A DNA stretch of 64,000 nucleotides from an uncultured Acidobacteriota bacterium (lineage in GTDB: Bacteria; Acidobacteriota; JAQAZP01). The DNA lies in contig CAWIIB010000009.1 in assembly GCA_963836075.1 (NCBI GenBank), positions 960,001-1,024,000 on the forward strand, read 5' to 3'. The position numbers and the translations under genes are program-made. A model generated the notes under the pieces. That model did no database searches, had not been told where the DNA came from, and saw only the letters and a program-made list of their open reading frames with translations. The number at the start of each line of letters is the position of its first letter. Within the stretch, counting starts at the first letter, position 1. Shown here in pieces: positions 10,486 through 20,795 of this stretch.

Positions 10486-12048
10486 TTACAACAACGGCGC
10501 GGTGAGCCGCGCCAACGAGACGGCGAGGCGGCGGACAAAACTGCTTTCATCGAGGTCGGCGGGATCCCACTCAACCGAATTCGCCATGTCGTTGAGCAGC
10601 ATCGCCTCGACCTGACCCGCAAAGTCTTCGTCGGCGAAGATGGCGTTGATCTCGAACTGCAGCCGGAAGGAGCGGTTGTCAAAATTGGCGCTGCCCACCG
10701 ACGACAGATTGTTGTCCACCAGCAGCACCTTCTGGTGTGGAAAGCCGTCCGTGTAGCGCAGAAAGCGGATGCCGAGACCGGTCAGTTCATTGGCGTACCA
10801 GCGCGTGGCCAGGTCCACCAGCGGGTTGTCGGACTTGTCGGGAATAATGATGCGAACGTCGACGCCGCGCAGGGCGGCCAGCTGCAACGATGCCATGATC
10901 GCATCGTCGGGCACGAAGTAGGGGCTCGCGATCCAGATCCGTCCCCTGGCGGAGTTGAGGGCGTGCATGAAGAAGAGCTGGGCGGTTTCCATGTCGCTGG
11001 TGGGCGAGATCGGCAGCACCATCGCCTTGACGTCGGCGCCGCTTGCCGCCGGCACCGGTTCCCAGCTGAGCTCGGGAATCGTGCGTGTCGCCCAGTACCA
11101 GTCGGCGAGGAACATGGCCTGGGCCACCTGCGCCGCCGGCCCTTCGATGCGCGTGTGCGTGTCGCGCCAGTGCCCGACCTTGGGGTCGAGGCCGAGATAC
11201 TCGTCACCGACGTTGTGGCCGCCGATCCAGGCCACCTTCCCGTCCACGATCACGTTTTTACGGTGATTGCGGAAGTTGAGCTGGAAGCGGTTGTGGGCGC
11301 CCTGGGTGGTATTGAACTCGGACTGCTTGATGCCGGCGGCCTCGAGCTCCTCCAGGTAGCTTTTGGGAATACCGGAGCTGCCCACCTCGTCGTAGAGCAG
11401 GAACACCTGCACGCCCCGTTTGGCGCAATCGAGCAGCGCCGACTTGAGCCGTCGCCCGAGGCCGTCGTCGTGAATCATGTAAAACTGAACCAGTGCATAG
11501 GTCTTCGCTTCGGCGAGGCCGTCCATAATGCTGTCGAAGGTGGCGTCACCGTCGATGAGCAGCTGGACGTCATTGCCCGTGAGCAGCGGCGTGTGGGAGA
11601 GGCGCTTCATCGCCTCGTAGTTCGGCATTCTCTCCATGCTCTCGACCGTGTAGGGCGCAATACGTTCCCGCATGGTCACTTCGAAACTTTTCACTTTCTC
11701 GTGCTGCTCCTGCCACGCCTCGACATAGCCCTCGAAGTTGCGGCGGCCGAAGACCCAGTACGCGGGCACCGCAACATAGGGGAAGGTGTTGAGGCTCACC
11801 CCCCAGGCGATGGCGCCCTGGGCGGTTCGGGCGGTCATGACCGCGTGGATCGACGAGATCAGACCCAGGATCTGAAAGAGGACGACGATCAGCGCGATCA
11901 TTCTTTTTTTCCTCCGCTTTTTGCGTCCGCTTTTCCGCGGTGTTTCGGGAACCGGCCGGCCCCCTGACGACGCTGCCGAACCCGAGACATCCTTCGGTCC
12001 GGGAGTGGCTCCGTCGGCTCGCTCGAGGTTTTTCTTGTCGGCGGACAT
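10486..12048 (-). CDS. cls: Cardiolipin synthase (phospholipase D family)
   Basis: Two HKD motifs (RNHRKNVIVDG, HQKVLLVD), GGHN, SPYFVPD, GSANFDNRS and an N-terminal TM hairpin. Confidence 0.92.
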   Translation of the reverse strand: MSADKKNLERADGATPGPKDVSGSAASSGGRPVPETPRKSGRKKRRKKRMIALIVVLFQILGLISSIHAVMTARTAQGAIAWGVSLNTFPYVAVPAYWVFGRRNFEGYVEAWQEQHEKVKSFEVTMRERIAPYTVESMERMPNYEAMKRLSHTPLLTGNDVQLLIDGDATFDSIMDGLAEAKTYALVQFYMIHDDGLGRRLKSALLDCAKRGVQVFLLYDEVGSSGIPKSYLEELEAAGIKQSEFNTTQGAHNRFQLNFRNHRKNVIVDGKVAWIGGHNVGDEYLGLDPKVGHWRDTHTRIEGPAAQVAQAMFLADWYWATRTIPELSWEPVPAASGADVKAMVLPISPTSDMETAQLFFMHALNSARGRIWIASPYFVPDDAIMASLQLAALRGVDVRIIIPDKSDNPLVDLATRWYANELTGLGIRFLRYTDGFPHQKVLLVDNNLSSVGSANFDNRSFRLQFEINAIFADEDFAGQVEAMLLNDMANSVEWDPADLDESSFVRRLAVSLARLTAPLL

Positions 12049-12271
12049 TTTCTCACCTCTTTCGGAGTGCCAGAATCGGCGGTGGTAACGAGACGCCAGA
12101 TGATCGAATACGAGGATTCTCACATCCTACACGTTTGACGTTCGCGACCACAAGTTAATACGCGGCAACTAAATACGCGGCACGACGGCGACGTCCAACA
12201 CCGTGGAAAGAGTAGCGTAAAGCTTCAGAGCGTGAAGAATCGTCAATGCCCTGGTTTCATTTGCAGGCGGT

Positions 12272-12715
12272 TCACCTGGAGAGACCCAGTGCCTGTAGAG
12301 TTTTATAAATATTGCGTCGTGTACTGAATATACGTCCCAGCATCGAGCCGGCGGAGATGCTTAACCCGAATGCTGCAATAGTTGCCGTTTGTACCCAATG
12401 CCCAAAAAACCAGTCACGACATATTATAAAGATCAAATACAGCGCAAGGATTACCCCACCGATCCAGTCGATCTGGGCCACGACTTTGGTGCTCTGTTCA
12501 TCCCAACTCAAGTGATACATGCGACTTACAACAACACCAATGGCGATCCCGATCAATATGCCTCCAACCGCTAACTGGATCCCTATTATATTGCGGAGCA
12601 CGTCAACCATGATTACACCGATCATTGCCAGACATATGATGCAGAATCTTCTCAGCCGCCGGTACAGTTTGCGATCGATATGATTGCGAACAGGTAGTTG
12701 TTGTCGTGCCGACAT
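12272..12715 (-). CDS. Hypothetical 4-TM membrane protein (low-GC segment)
   Basis: 147-aa ORF with four hydrophobic helices; visibly more AT-rich than its neighbours. Confidence 0.65.
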   Translation of the reverse strand: MSARQQLPVRNHIDRKLYRRLRRFCIICLAMIGVIMVDVLRNIIGIQLAVGGILIGIAIGVVVSRMYHLSWDEQSTKVVAQIDWIGGVILALYLIFIICRDWFFGHWVQTATIAAFGLSISAGSMLGRIFSTRRNIYKTLQALGLSR

Positions 12716-13066
12716 TTACCAGGTCCGATTGTTATTGAATTTTGAAGTTTCTGGCATGGAATGATAAACGCCAGGATGACTTGAGCATCGTAGTGTCTAT
12801 CGCACATTGCGAAAAAACCGAACGTCCCGGCTCCCTGGCGGTGCGCCGGCGCCGTCCGATGCAACGGGTGGACAATCATACATCGAAAGAACTGCTGGTG
12901 ACAGCCGGCTTGTTCCTCCTGTCAGGTGTGGGATATAGTGCGAACCATGAGACAAGATCAGGCTTGGGACAAGAATACCTGTTGATGTCCGGTACTTTGA
13001 TGGCGGGTGGCGCTGCCATCGTGATCATCGGGTGTTGCGGCCCGGAAGCAGGAAAGGCAGGACAAA

Positions 13067-13486
13067 GTGCTGCTGAAGATTGCCATCGGCGCGTTGTTAA
13101 TGATGATGACCGCTGCGGTCCACACCTTGGGAATGATTATCGGGATGCGTCTGATCAAGCGGCAGGAGAAGGCGCAGAAACCGCAAGGGTGGAGGACGTC
13201 GAAAGTCCACCTGGTCAACGGGATCGTCCTCCTCATGTTCTTCGTCTCGCTGGCGGAGGTGCTGATGTGGGCCGGCACCTATCTGGTGCTGGGGGCCATA
13301 GAAGGCCTGGAACAGGCGGTCTATTTTTCCATGGTCACCTTCACCACACTGGGATACGGCGATATCCTGCTCGATGAACACTGGCGCCTGCTGGCCTCTT
13401 TCGAAGCGGCCAACGGAATTATCATGTTCGGCTGGACCACCGCCATCGTCCTTGCCGCTGTTCAGCGTCTGTACTTCAGGGACTGA
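13067..13486 (+). CDS. Small potassium/ion channel protein (Ion_trans_2)
   Basis: YFSMVTFTTLGYGD selectivity-filter motif; WRLLASFEAANG. Confidence 0.88.
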   Translation: MLLKIAIGALLMMMTAAVHTLGMIIGMRLIKRQEKAQKPQGWRTSKVHLVNGIVLLMFFVSLAEVLMWAGTYLVLGAIEGLEQAVYFSMVTFTTLGYGDILLDEHWRLLASFEAANGIIMFGWTTAIVLAAVQRLYFRD

Positions 13487-13489
13487 GCC

Positions 13490-13969
13490 TGGTCGAGCAG
13501 TGTTTTCCCTGGTCCTCTTCTCCTGGTGGTCGGCGGTGAGGGTGAAGATCCACTTCCGGCTGCCCTTCGAGGTGACCGGCAGGCCGCCGTACGCCGCGCG
13601 CAGTTCCTGCGCGTCCTCCTGCTCACCGACCTGCCCCAGGCTGGCCTCGTCCTGCTCGAACCAGGTGTGGTCGCCGACGATGGCGATGATCTGCTTGATC
13701 TTGAAAAACCTGCCGTTGTGAACCAGGGCCCCTTTCTTGAGGTCGGGAAAGATGTAATCAACCGCGGCGGGCGGTGCGGCCGTCTCTGCGGTCTCCTCGT
13801 GTCCCGCACCTGGATAGGGATCCTGCGCCAGGGCAACCTGGGCAGGCAGCACCGCGGTGAACAGCAGGACACAATGCAGACCCATCACCACCAGGCGAAA
13901 CAGCCACGCCGTCCCGTCCGATACGGTGTGAACACGTTTTGGCCGAAAAGCCTCAGGATTCTCCATCAT
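13490..13969 (-). pseudogene. 5' remnant of a phosphate-selective-porin-like gene, truncated at the convergent ion-channel gene
   Basis: ATGA overlap with the SulP stop, signal peptide, then DHTWFEQDEASLGQVGEQEDAQELRAA (porin N-terminal style). The frame then runs antisense through the channel gene. Confidence 0.5.
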
Positions 13970-15774
13970 GACTCTTCATCATTCTGGCCGGCGCCTGATT
14001 CCACAGCACCGCTCTCCGTAGCCTCGCGAAACGCCGCCGCCGAGTGCCGGTTGGTCGGATAGAAGCGGTTCTCGTCAATCAGCTCCATCAGGTCGTATTT
14101 CTCCAGCCATGTGCGGAAGGATTGATCGGCACGGCTGACGGCGAAAATGATGTCGCGCTTGGCCAGCAGGGTGATCGCCTGGTGCAGGGACTCCGCGCCG
14201 GTGGTGTCGATGTCGATCATCGCCTCGGCATCCAGCACGAACCAGCGGACCGGGGTGGCCGCCTGGTCCACCAGCTGCTCGACCTCGTCGACAAAGAGCG
14301 TCGAATTGGCAAAGTAGAGCGGGGCGCCGAAACGGTAGATGACCAGACCTGAGGGATTGGCCATGTGGTCAGCGTCCGCCGGGGCGAAATTACTGCCGTC
14401 GGCGGCTTCCAGCAGCGCCGCGGTGTCCGGACGGGACGCCCGCCGGATCACGTCGATGACCGAGAGGAGAAAGGCGATGAGCACGGCACGCAGCGGACCC
14501 AGGGCCAGCACGCTGACCAGGCAGGTGACGGCAATCCAGAACTCCGATTGGCGCATCCGCCACAGCTCGCGCAGCTCGTGGACCTCGATCAGCGACAATA
14601 CCGCGTTGGCCACGATGGCAGCCAGGGCCGCGTTGGGCAGGAAAGCCAGCATGTCGGTGAAGAAGAGCATCACCAGCATGATCGTTCCGGCCGCCATCAG
14701 GCTGGACAGCTGGGTCCGCGAGCCGGAAGACTCCATGGCCGCCGAGCGGGACGGGCTGTTGCCGGTGACCAGCGAGCCGGTGAAGCCGGCGGCGATGTTG
14801 GCCGCGCCCCAGGCGAAGAGCATCTGGTCGCCGTCCGCCTTGTAGCCGTGTTTGCTGCTGTAGCTTTTGACCAGGAGCAGGCCCTCGCAGAGCAGGATGG
14901 CCACGATGGCCAGGGCGCCGGGCAGCAACCGCAGGTAGTCGGTCAGGGGAATGCCGGGCAGGGTCAGCGCCGGGGGGCCCGAGGGCATGGCGCCCAGCAC
15001 GCCGACCCCCTTTTCCGCAAGGTCGAACACCGCAACGATCACCGTCAGCAGCACCAGGGCCACCAGCGCCCCGGGGATTCTGGGCAGATACCGTTTCATC
15101 AGCCGTACGATCAAAAAAGCGCTGACACCGATGCCCACCGACCAGAGGTTAGCCCGGGGTATGGAATCGAACAGGGCCACCAGCTCCACGAAATAACCTT
15201 CGGTCTCCACGGAGCTGGCCATGGCCTCCTTGATCCGTTCCGCCGCCGCCAGCGTCTCACCCCCGTGGGCCGTGTGGGGCGCGGCGAGGATCTTCCGCAC
15301 CTGGTTGGTCAGCACCTCGATGCCGAGACCGGAGATGAAGCCCACCATCACGGCCCGGGAGAGGAAGTTGGCGAGGAAGGCCAGGCGGAAAAGCCAGAAG
15401 ATCAGGAATATCACCCCGCAGATCAACGCCAGGGCCAGGGCATACTGCAGGCGCAGCGGGTCTCCAGGCGCGGCAAAGGCGACCAGGGCGGCGCCCACCA
15501 GCCCGGCAATAGAGGCATCGGGGCTGGTCACCAGGTGGCGCGAGCTGGTAAGCAGGGCGAAGACCGCCAGCGGGATGATGGCCGCGTAGAGCCCGGCCAC
15601 CGGGGGCAGGCCGGCCACCTGGGCGTAACCGATGTTCAGCGGAATCATCAGGGCGGCCAGGGTGAAGCCCGCCGAGACCTCCCGGGGGATGTCGGCCGGC
15701 TTGACGCCTTTCAGCCCTGCAAACGGGCGGGGCCAGCTGATTTTGGCGAACAGGCCGGGAGCATCCTTACTCAT
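13966..15774 (-). CDS. SulP-family inorganic anion transporter with STAS domain
   Basis: IPLNIGYAQVAGLPPVAGLYAA, LANFLSRAVMVGFISG, RFGAPLYFANS and DIDTTG (STAS). Confidence 0.92.
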   Translation of the reverse strand: MSKDAPGLFAKISWPRPFAGLKGVKPADIPREVSAGFTLAALMIPLNIGYAQVAGLPPVAGLYAAIIPLAVFALLTSSRHLVTSPDASIAGLVGAALVAFAAPGDPLRLQYALALALICGVIFLIFWLFRLAFLANFLSRAVMVGFISGLGIEVLTNQVRKILAAPHTAHGGETLAAAERIKEAMASSVETEGYFVELVALFDSIPRANLWSVGIGVSAFLIVRLMKRYLPRIPGALVALVLLTVIVAVFDLAEKGVGVLGAMPSGPPALTLPGIPLTDYLRLLPGALAIVAILLCEGLLLVKSYSSKHGYKADGDQMLFAWGAANIAAGFTGSLVTGNSPSRSAAMESSGSRTQLSSLMAAGTIMLVMLFFTDMLAFLPNAALAAIVANAVLSLIEVHELRELWRMRQSEFWIAVTCLVSVLALGPLRAVLIAFLLSVIDVIRRASRPDTAALLEAADGSNFAPADADHMANPSGLVIYRFGAPLYFANSTLFVDEVEQLVDQAATPVRWFVLDAEAMIDIDTTGAESLHQAITLLAKRDIIFAVSRADQSFRTWLEKYDLMELIDENRFYPTNRHSAAAFREATESGAVESGAGQNDEES

Positions 15775-16243
15775 GGGCTGACTCCTGTTCCTCGTGGCCC
15801 CGGGCATCCGGCCTGGTGGCGGCGGCCGTCGTTTCGGCAGGGCCACCCCGGCGCTGCTGTAGAGAGTAAATGATGCGTGTGATCGGACCACGGATCAAAA
15901 AGTACGGCACGATGGCGCACACCACCGCTACGATCAGCATCTGCAGAGGGAAAAATGTCTTCAGGGCGATAATCTGGTACGTGATGTCGAGCACACACGC
16001 GACGATGAAGACCCTGCCGAAATCCTTGAGCCCTGAGCGGAATAGCCGTTTCCGCTCGGTCGGGTTCTTGACGAAGGCCCACAAGTAGATCGGCTTCCCT
16101 TCCCTGACGTCCCTCAGATGGGCCCGGATGGCGAGGATGGTGACCACGATCGGCATTATAAACAGCCGAAAGTGCAAAGGTCCGCTCGCCCGGCCGAGGA
16201 GCTGCTCGACGCTTCGAGACAGTGGTTCAAGGATTATGTCCAT
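15767..16243 (-). CDS. Conserved-looking hypothetical membrane protein
   Basis: GRASGPLHFRLFIMP...VPYFLIRGP; stop overlaps the SulP start. Confidence 0.7.
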   Translation of the reverse strand: MDIILEPLSRSVEQLLGRASGPLHFRLFIMPIVVTILAIRAHLRDVREGKPIYLWAFVKNPTERKRLFRSGLKDFGRVFIVACVLDITYQIIALKTFFPLQMLIVAVVCAIVPYFLIRGPITRIIYSLQQRRGGPAETTAAATRPDARGHEEQESAHE

Positions 16244-16287
16244 GGCCTATCCTTCTCCGTGCGGCTTCGCTCCGCGAAGTTCTTGAC

Positions 16288-17985
16288 TCATTGAGCTGCT
16301 CCGAACATCGCCCGAGACAATGTGCCTCCGGAAATGCTCTTCGCCTTGAATCCGTTCTGCAGCAGGACCCGCGTGGCGTAGTAGGCGCGCTGGGCGGAAC
16401 GGCAGATGATCAGGATCTCGCGGTCCTTCGGCAATTCCTCGAGGCGCGTCCGGAGTTCGTGGAGCGGGATGTTGACTGCGCCCGGAACGCTCTCCACCAC
16501 GAGTTCCACCGGATGGCGCACGTCGAGGAGGAACGCGTCGTCGGTTTCATCCCAATGGGCCAGCGGCATATCGCCACGGAGCACGTCGGCGGCCACCATG
16601 CCGGCGAAGTTGACCGCGTCCTTGGCGCTGCCGAACTGGGGCGCGTAGCAGAGCTCGGACTCCTCGAGGTCGAAGACCGTGGCGCGCATCTGCAGGGCCA
16701 CGGCCAGGGCGCTGATCCGCTTGTCCACCGCCGGGGCGTCCTTGCCCAGGGCCTGGGCGCCGAGGAGCCGGCCGTCAGACTTGCGGAAGAGGATCTTCAG
16801 GCCGATCGACTCCGCCCCCGGGTAGTAGCCGGCGTGGGAGTTGGGGAAGATGTAGATTTTCTCGTAGTCCTCGTCGCCCAGACGCTTGAGCGTCTTCTCG
16901 CTGACCCCGGTCCAGGCGGCGGCGCCGCCGAAGAGCCCGATGATCGATGTCCCCTGAGTGCCGCGGTATCGGGAGTCGCGCCCGGCGATGACGTCGGCGG
17001 CGATCCGGCCCTGGCGGTTGGCCGGCCCGGCCAGCGCCACCAGGCTCCACTCTTCGGTCACCCAGTCCCTGACCTCGATGGCGTCGCCCACGGCAAAGAT
17101 GTCCGGGTCGCTGGTGCGCATCTGGTCGTCGACGCGGATCCCGCCACGTTCGCCGATCTCGATCCCGGCCGCTTTGGCCAGGGTCGTGTCCGGCCGAACG
17201 CCGATGGCCATGATCACGAGGTCCGCCGGATAGGTCTTTCCGGAGTTCGTCTGCACCTCGATCGCACCGCCCTCCTGCCGGGTGAACCCCTCTACCCTGT
17301 CATTGAGCGCCATGCGGAGGCCATGCCGCTTCACATGTTCCTTGACCAGGACTGCGATTTCCGGGTCCAGCGGGCCCAGGAGCTGATCGGGTTTCTGGAT
17401 CAGGGTCACTTCGAACCCGAGGTGAATCAGGTTCTCCGCCGTCTCGAGGCCGATGAACCCGCCGCCCACCACAACGGCGCGGGTCGTCGGTTTCACGAAC
17501 TGGATTCCCGAATACTTGTACATCCCCGCCAGGAACTCGGTGCCCCGCTCGATCCACTCGCGGATCTTCCGTGCATCGGGAACGGTCCGCACCTGGAAGA
17601 TCCCGGGCAGGTCGATCCCCGGCAGCGGCGGACGGACCGACGGTGCTCCGGGCGACAGAACGAGCTTGTCGTACGACTCCGTCGTCACCTCGCCGGTGGT
17701 GACGTTGCGCAGGTCGACGGTTTTCTTCTTCGGGTCGACGGAGACTGCCTCGCAATTCGTTCGCGCGTCGATGCCCAGGTTCGCCCGGAAATACTCCTCA
17801 TTGGCCACCAGGAGGCTGGACTCCTTCTCGATCACGCCGCTGACGTGGTAGGGCAGACCGCAGTTGGCGTATGAGAGATACGGCCCGCGCTCCACCATGA
17901 TGATTTCCGCTTTTTCGTCCAGCCGCCGCAGCCGCGCCGCACACGACGCCCCGCCGGCCACTCCGCCAACGATGATGACCTTCAT
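16288..17985 (-). CDS. CoA-disulfide/persulfide reductase with C-terminal rhodanese domain (CoADR-RHD / Npsr-like)
   Basis: GGVAGG FAD motif, SYANCGLPY redox Cys, GGGFIGLE NAD motif, ELCYAPQF and rhodanese CRSAQR. Confidence 0.92.
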   Translation of the reverse strand: MKVIIVGGVAGGASCAARLRRLDEKAEIIMVERGPYLSYANCGLPYHVSGVIEKESSLLVANEEYFRANLGIDARTNCEAVSVDPKKKTVDLRNVTTGEVTTESYDKLVLSPGAPSVRPPLPGIDLPGIFQVRTVPDARKIREWIERGTEFLAGMYKYSGIQFVKPTTRAVVVGGGFIGLETAENLIHLGFEVTLIQKPDQLLGPLDPEIAVLVKEHVKRHGLRMALNDRVEGFTRQEGGAIEVQTNSGKTYPADLVIMAIGVRPDTTLAKAAGIEIGERGGIRVDDQMRTSDPDIFAVGDAIEVRDWVTEEWSLVALAGPANRQGRIAADVIAGRDSRYRGTQGTSIIGLFGGAAAWTGVSEKTLKRLGDEDYEKIYIFPNSHAGYYPGAESIGLKILFRKSDGRLLGAQALGKDAPAVDKRISALAVALQMRATVFDLEESELCYAPQFGSAKDAVNFAGMVAADVLRGDMPLAHWDETDDAFLLDVRHPVELVVESVPGAVNIPLHELRTRLEELPKDREILIICRSAQRAYYATRVLLQNGFKAKSISGGTLSRAMFGAAQ

Positions 17986-18047
17986 CTTCCGCCTCTCCTC
18001 CCACCATATTCGATTGATCACACCGCCAGGTGGCGGTGTCGACCTGA

Positions 18048-18563
18048 CTAATGTACCGGCCTCGATTTGCCCTCTTCGAGGATGATCTTCTCGGGATCAA
18101 ATCCGTAAACCCAGGGCGCCGAGTTCTTCCAGCCGTTCCTCATCCTCTTCCCGTGGAAGACGCTGAGGGGATCGTCCACCTTGTCCCCTTCCATCCCGTC
18201 GGTGATGTTGTGCGCGTTCTCGAACCCGGCTTTCGCCAGCGCGTTGATCGCCATGGCCGAGCGGCCGCCCGAGCGGCACATCAACAGAAGGGTGTCGGCG
18301 GGCCCGGCAACCCGCTTGACCTCGTCGATAAAGGCCGCGTTCATCTTCACCGCGTATTCGGCCTTGCCGCCCTTTCCCTGGTAGGTCACAAAGGCCAGGG
18401 GGACATTCCAGGCCATCTCCGGGTGGCCGACAAAGGAATACTCCTCCGGCGTGCGCACGTCGATGATCTTCACCTCGTCCGGCGTGGCCTTCCACATCTC
18501 GTAGGCCTGGATGGCGGTCACGTAGAGGCCGAGGGTGGTCTGTTTCGCTTCGGGCAAATCCAT
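18048..18563 (-). CDS. Rhodanese-domain sulfurtransferase
   Basis: IIDVRTPEEY, active loop LMCRSGGRS, NITDGMEG. Confidence 0.88.
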   Translation of the reverse strand: MDLPEAKQTTLGLYVTAIQAYEMWKATPDEVKIIDVRTPEEYSFVGHPEMAWNVPLAFVTYQGKGGKAEYAVKMNAAFIDEVKRVAGPADTLLLMCRSGGRSAMAINALAKAGFENAHNITDGMEGDKVDDPLSVFHGKRMRNGWKNSAPWVYGFDPEKIILEEGKSRPVH

Positions 18564-18659
18564 ATCGTTCGCCTCCTTGCGTTCTGCCGCTTACCACCGA
18601 ACCGGCGGTGAATACTGGGAACGAAAAGGGTGGGCGTCGCGGCGACCGGCCCGGCGACC

Positions 18660-18848
18660 TCACCAATCCCTTTTTTGCGAGACCTCCTCGCTCTCAGCCT
18701 CAGGCTGCGTCTCCTCACCGCTCTCCTTCGACGGTTTTGCTTTTGAATCAGCTTTTTTCTTCTTTTCAGGCGTCTCAATCACGCATGCTGAAAGGTCACC
18801 GGGGGCACAACATGCCGGTTTCCCCTGGTCGCTCTTATCTTTTGCCAA
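18660..18848 (-). CDS. Putative 62-aa small protein with a CC...C cluster and charged tail
   Basis: TTG start preceded by GAGGA; MAKDKSDQGKPACCAPGDLSACVIETPEKKKK...; co-oriented inside the operon. Confidence 0.4.
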   Translation of the reverse strand: MAKDKSDQGKPACCAPGDLSACVIETPEKKKKADSKAKPSKESGEETQPEAESEEVSQKRDW

Positions 18849-18930
18849 GACGTCGTTCCTCAATCTATTGCTGAAGCCCCCTCCGGCCTCCCTGTTGGAG
18901 AGGCGGGAGGGGGAATCGCATTTTCTCGGT

Positions 18931-20354
18931 CTACCCGATCCGCGTACCTTCCACCTCGAGCCCGCCTCCCTGGGGAAGCTTGCTCCAGCTTCTTCTTCTC
19001 CCACTCCTCCTTGAGCACTTCCGTCGCCGCCTGCTCGAGGAATTCCGGTGCCGCCCACTCGTTGACGTCGAACTCGTTCTTCATGTAGCCGTGGCTGACC
19101 ATGAAATCCTTGCCGATGTTAATGCATTCCAGGTTCTGTGCACTCAGGCTCGGCACCATGTCGACGTGCTTGATGCCCTCGTAGGTATCCTCGGCATCCC
19201 GATAAAAGGTCTGCCGGTTGAGAATCTCGGCGGCGGCTCGTTTGTTCCGATTCGCCCAGCGCCCGACCTTGATCATGGCCTTCATGTAGGCGACAACCAG
19301 CTCGGGGTGCTCCTTGGCCATCACGTCGGTGCAGGTGATGACGGCGGGGGTGTTGGCGACCTGCAGCGTCCAGTCCGAATTTCCGGCCAGGTCCTCGATG
19401 ATTTTGATCTTGCCTGTGGCCTCCTGCAGGTGCTGGAAGATTGCTCTGGTTATAGATGGCGTCGACGGTGCCGTTCAGCAGCGCATTTTCCAGCGGACGG
19501 AACGCCAGGTCATGCTTGTGGTCACGGCGCATCCACAACTCGGACGGGTTGTTCATCGGCGGGACCAGCATCTCGGGCTTGTCATACCAGTCGTCCGGGA
19601 TAAGGGAACTCGACGAGCTCGATATCATCCATGGTCATATCGTTCAGCATCAGGAGGTTCTCGATGCCCATGTGTTCCTGGATGCGCCACCAGTCGTTCT
19701 TGATGGTGTTCAGGCTTTTCGAGATGCCGATCTTCTTGCCTTTCAGATCCTTCATGCGGAAGATTTTGTCGCGGGCGCGTACCTGCCATAACCGCCGCCT
19801 TCGTAGACCCACGTCGCTCCCAGCAGCACGGTGCGGCGGAGGTCGGCGTGAACCTGGATCGGGGGATACAGACCGCCGAAGCGGATGAGATTGTCGAGGT
19901 TGTGGATGTAGTGCGGGTACCAGTTGTTCTCGGGTGCGTGGCGGAAGTAAGCGTACTCGACGCCGATCTTCTTGAATTCCTCGCGGCACCATCCCAGTTC
20001 CTGGTCAACGTTGTTGGCGGAGACCATGGGGCAGTTGGTGAACCACACCTCTTTCCAGTTCAGTGGCACTTTTGTGGATACTCTCTTCACCGGCTTGCCG
20101 GCGGTCTTTTTTGATGCACTCGCCTTCTTGCCGGGAGCTTTTTTTGATTTGGCCGGGGCTGGCTGCCTCTTCGGCTGGGCACCCGCGGTTCCCGTCAGGG
20201 ATTTCGCGATGGCGCTGAGCCGTGCGTCGCCGAGCCCCTCCGCCGCCTCCAGAACGAGGTTCAACAGCTCCTTGGCATTCGTGCCCTCGCTCTTTTTTTT
20301 CGCTGCAGGCTTCTTTTTTGCCTTTGTTGCGGGTTTCTTCTTTGCCTTGGCCAT
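18931..20354 (-). CDS. DszB-like desulfinase / type-2 substrate-binding-fold protein with Lys-rich N-terminal extension; at least 4 frameshifts
   Basis: Stitched from ORFs 19752..20354, 19582..19992, 19119..19628 and 18860..19324. Motifs FTNCP, HY-x8-RFGG.YPP, RTVLLGAT and DLKGKKIG. Reconstructed end ...EGTRIG-TAG at 18931. Confidence 0.72.
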
Positions 20355-20459
20355 CGCATGTCCTCCTTGATTTATTGATGCTTGCGTGTGGTTCTTACTC
20401 GTATCCGTTCTTGGATCATACCTGAATCCGCCTTCGTTATCCCTACCGCCAGCCCCATG

Positions 20460-20795
20460 CTATGCTCGTTGTCCCGGCCTTACGGTCCCCCAGATGGCCA
20501 CCGCCCCCACCGCGAGGGTCCAGAACGGGAACACGTAAAGACCGGGAATTGCCTCCATGATCAGGCTGGGCAGCAGGATCCACTGCCAGCCCAGCACAAT
20601 GAACAGCAGGATTGCTGTCACCAGATCGGCCGCCCACTGCACGGGTGGTGCCATCGTCAAAAAGAACGAGAATACATCGGCCAGCGCTGCTATGGTGAAA
20701 GCCCAGGCCAGTTTTTTTCGGGAAAAGCGCAGGCCGGGCCGGGCTCCGGGTTTCAGGCCATCGGGGGACAGGAAGGCTGGAGGCTGCCATTTCAT
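20460..20795 (-). CDS. Small hypothetical membrane protein
   Basis: ATGA overlap with the ABM stop; LGWQWILLPSLIMEAIPGLYVFPFWT hydrophobic core. Confidence 0.65.
   Translation of the reverse strand: MKWQPPAFLSPDGLKPGARPGLRFSRKKLAWAFTIAALADVFSFFLTMAPPVQWAADLVTAILLFIVLGWQWILLPSLIMEAIPGLYVFPFWTLAVGAVAIWGTVRPGQRA

Noticed and set aside
9823-11967. Long + strand ORF (714 aa) and similar shadows (644..2110, 14365..15873, 16222..17874, 36521..38407, 54516..56249)
   Set aside because: They are antisense to well-supported genes, have no motifs, and are expected artefacts of high-GC codon usage.
12750-12770. Third sigma-54 promoter (CTGGCATGGAATGATA)
   Set aside because: A -24-like TGGCA is present but there is no GC at -12.
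18931-20354. Programmed frameshifting or phase variation in the DszB-like gene
   Set aside because: Breaks are multiple and scattered with no slippery heptamer or long homopolymer; sequencing error is simpler.
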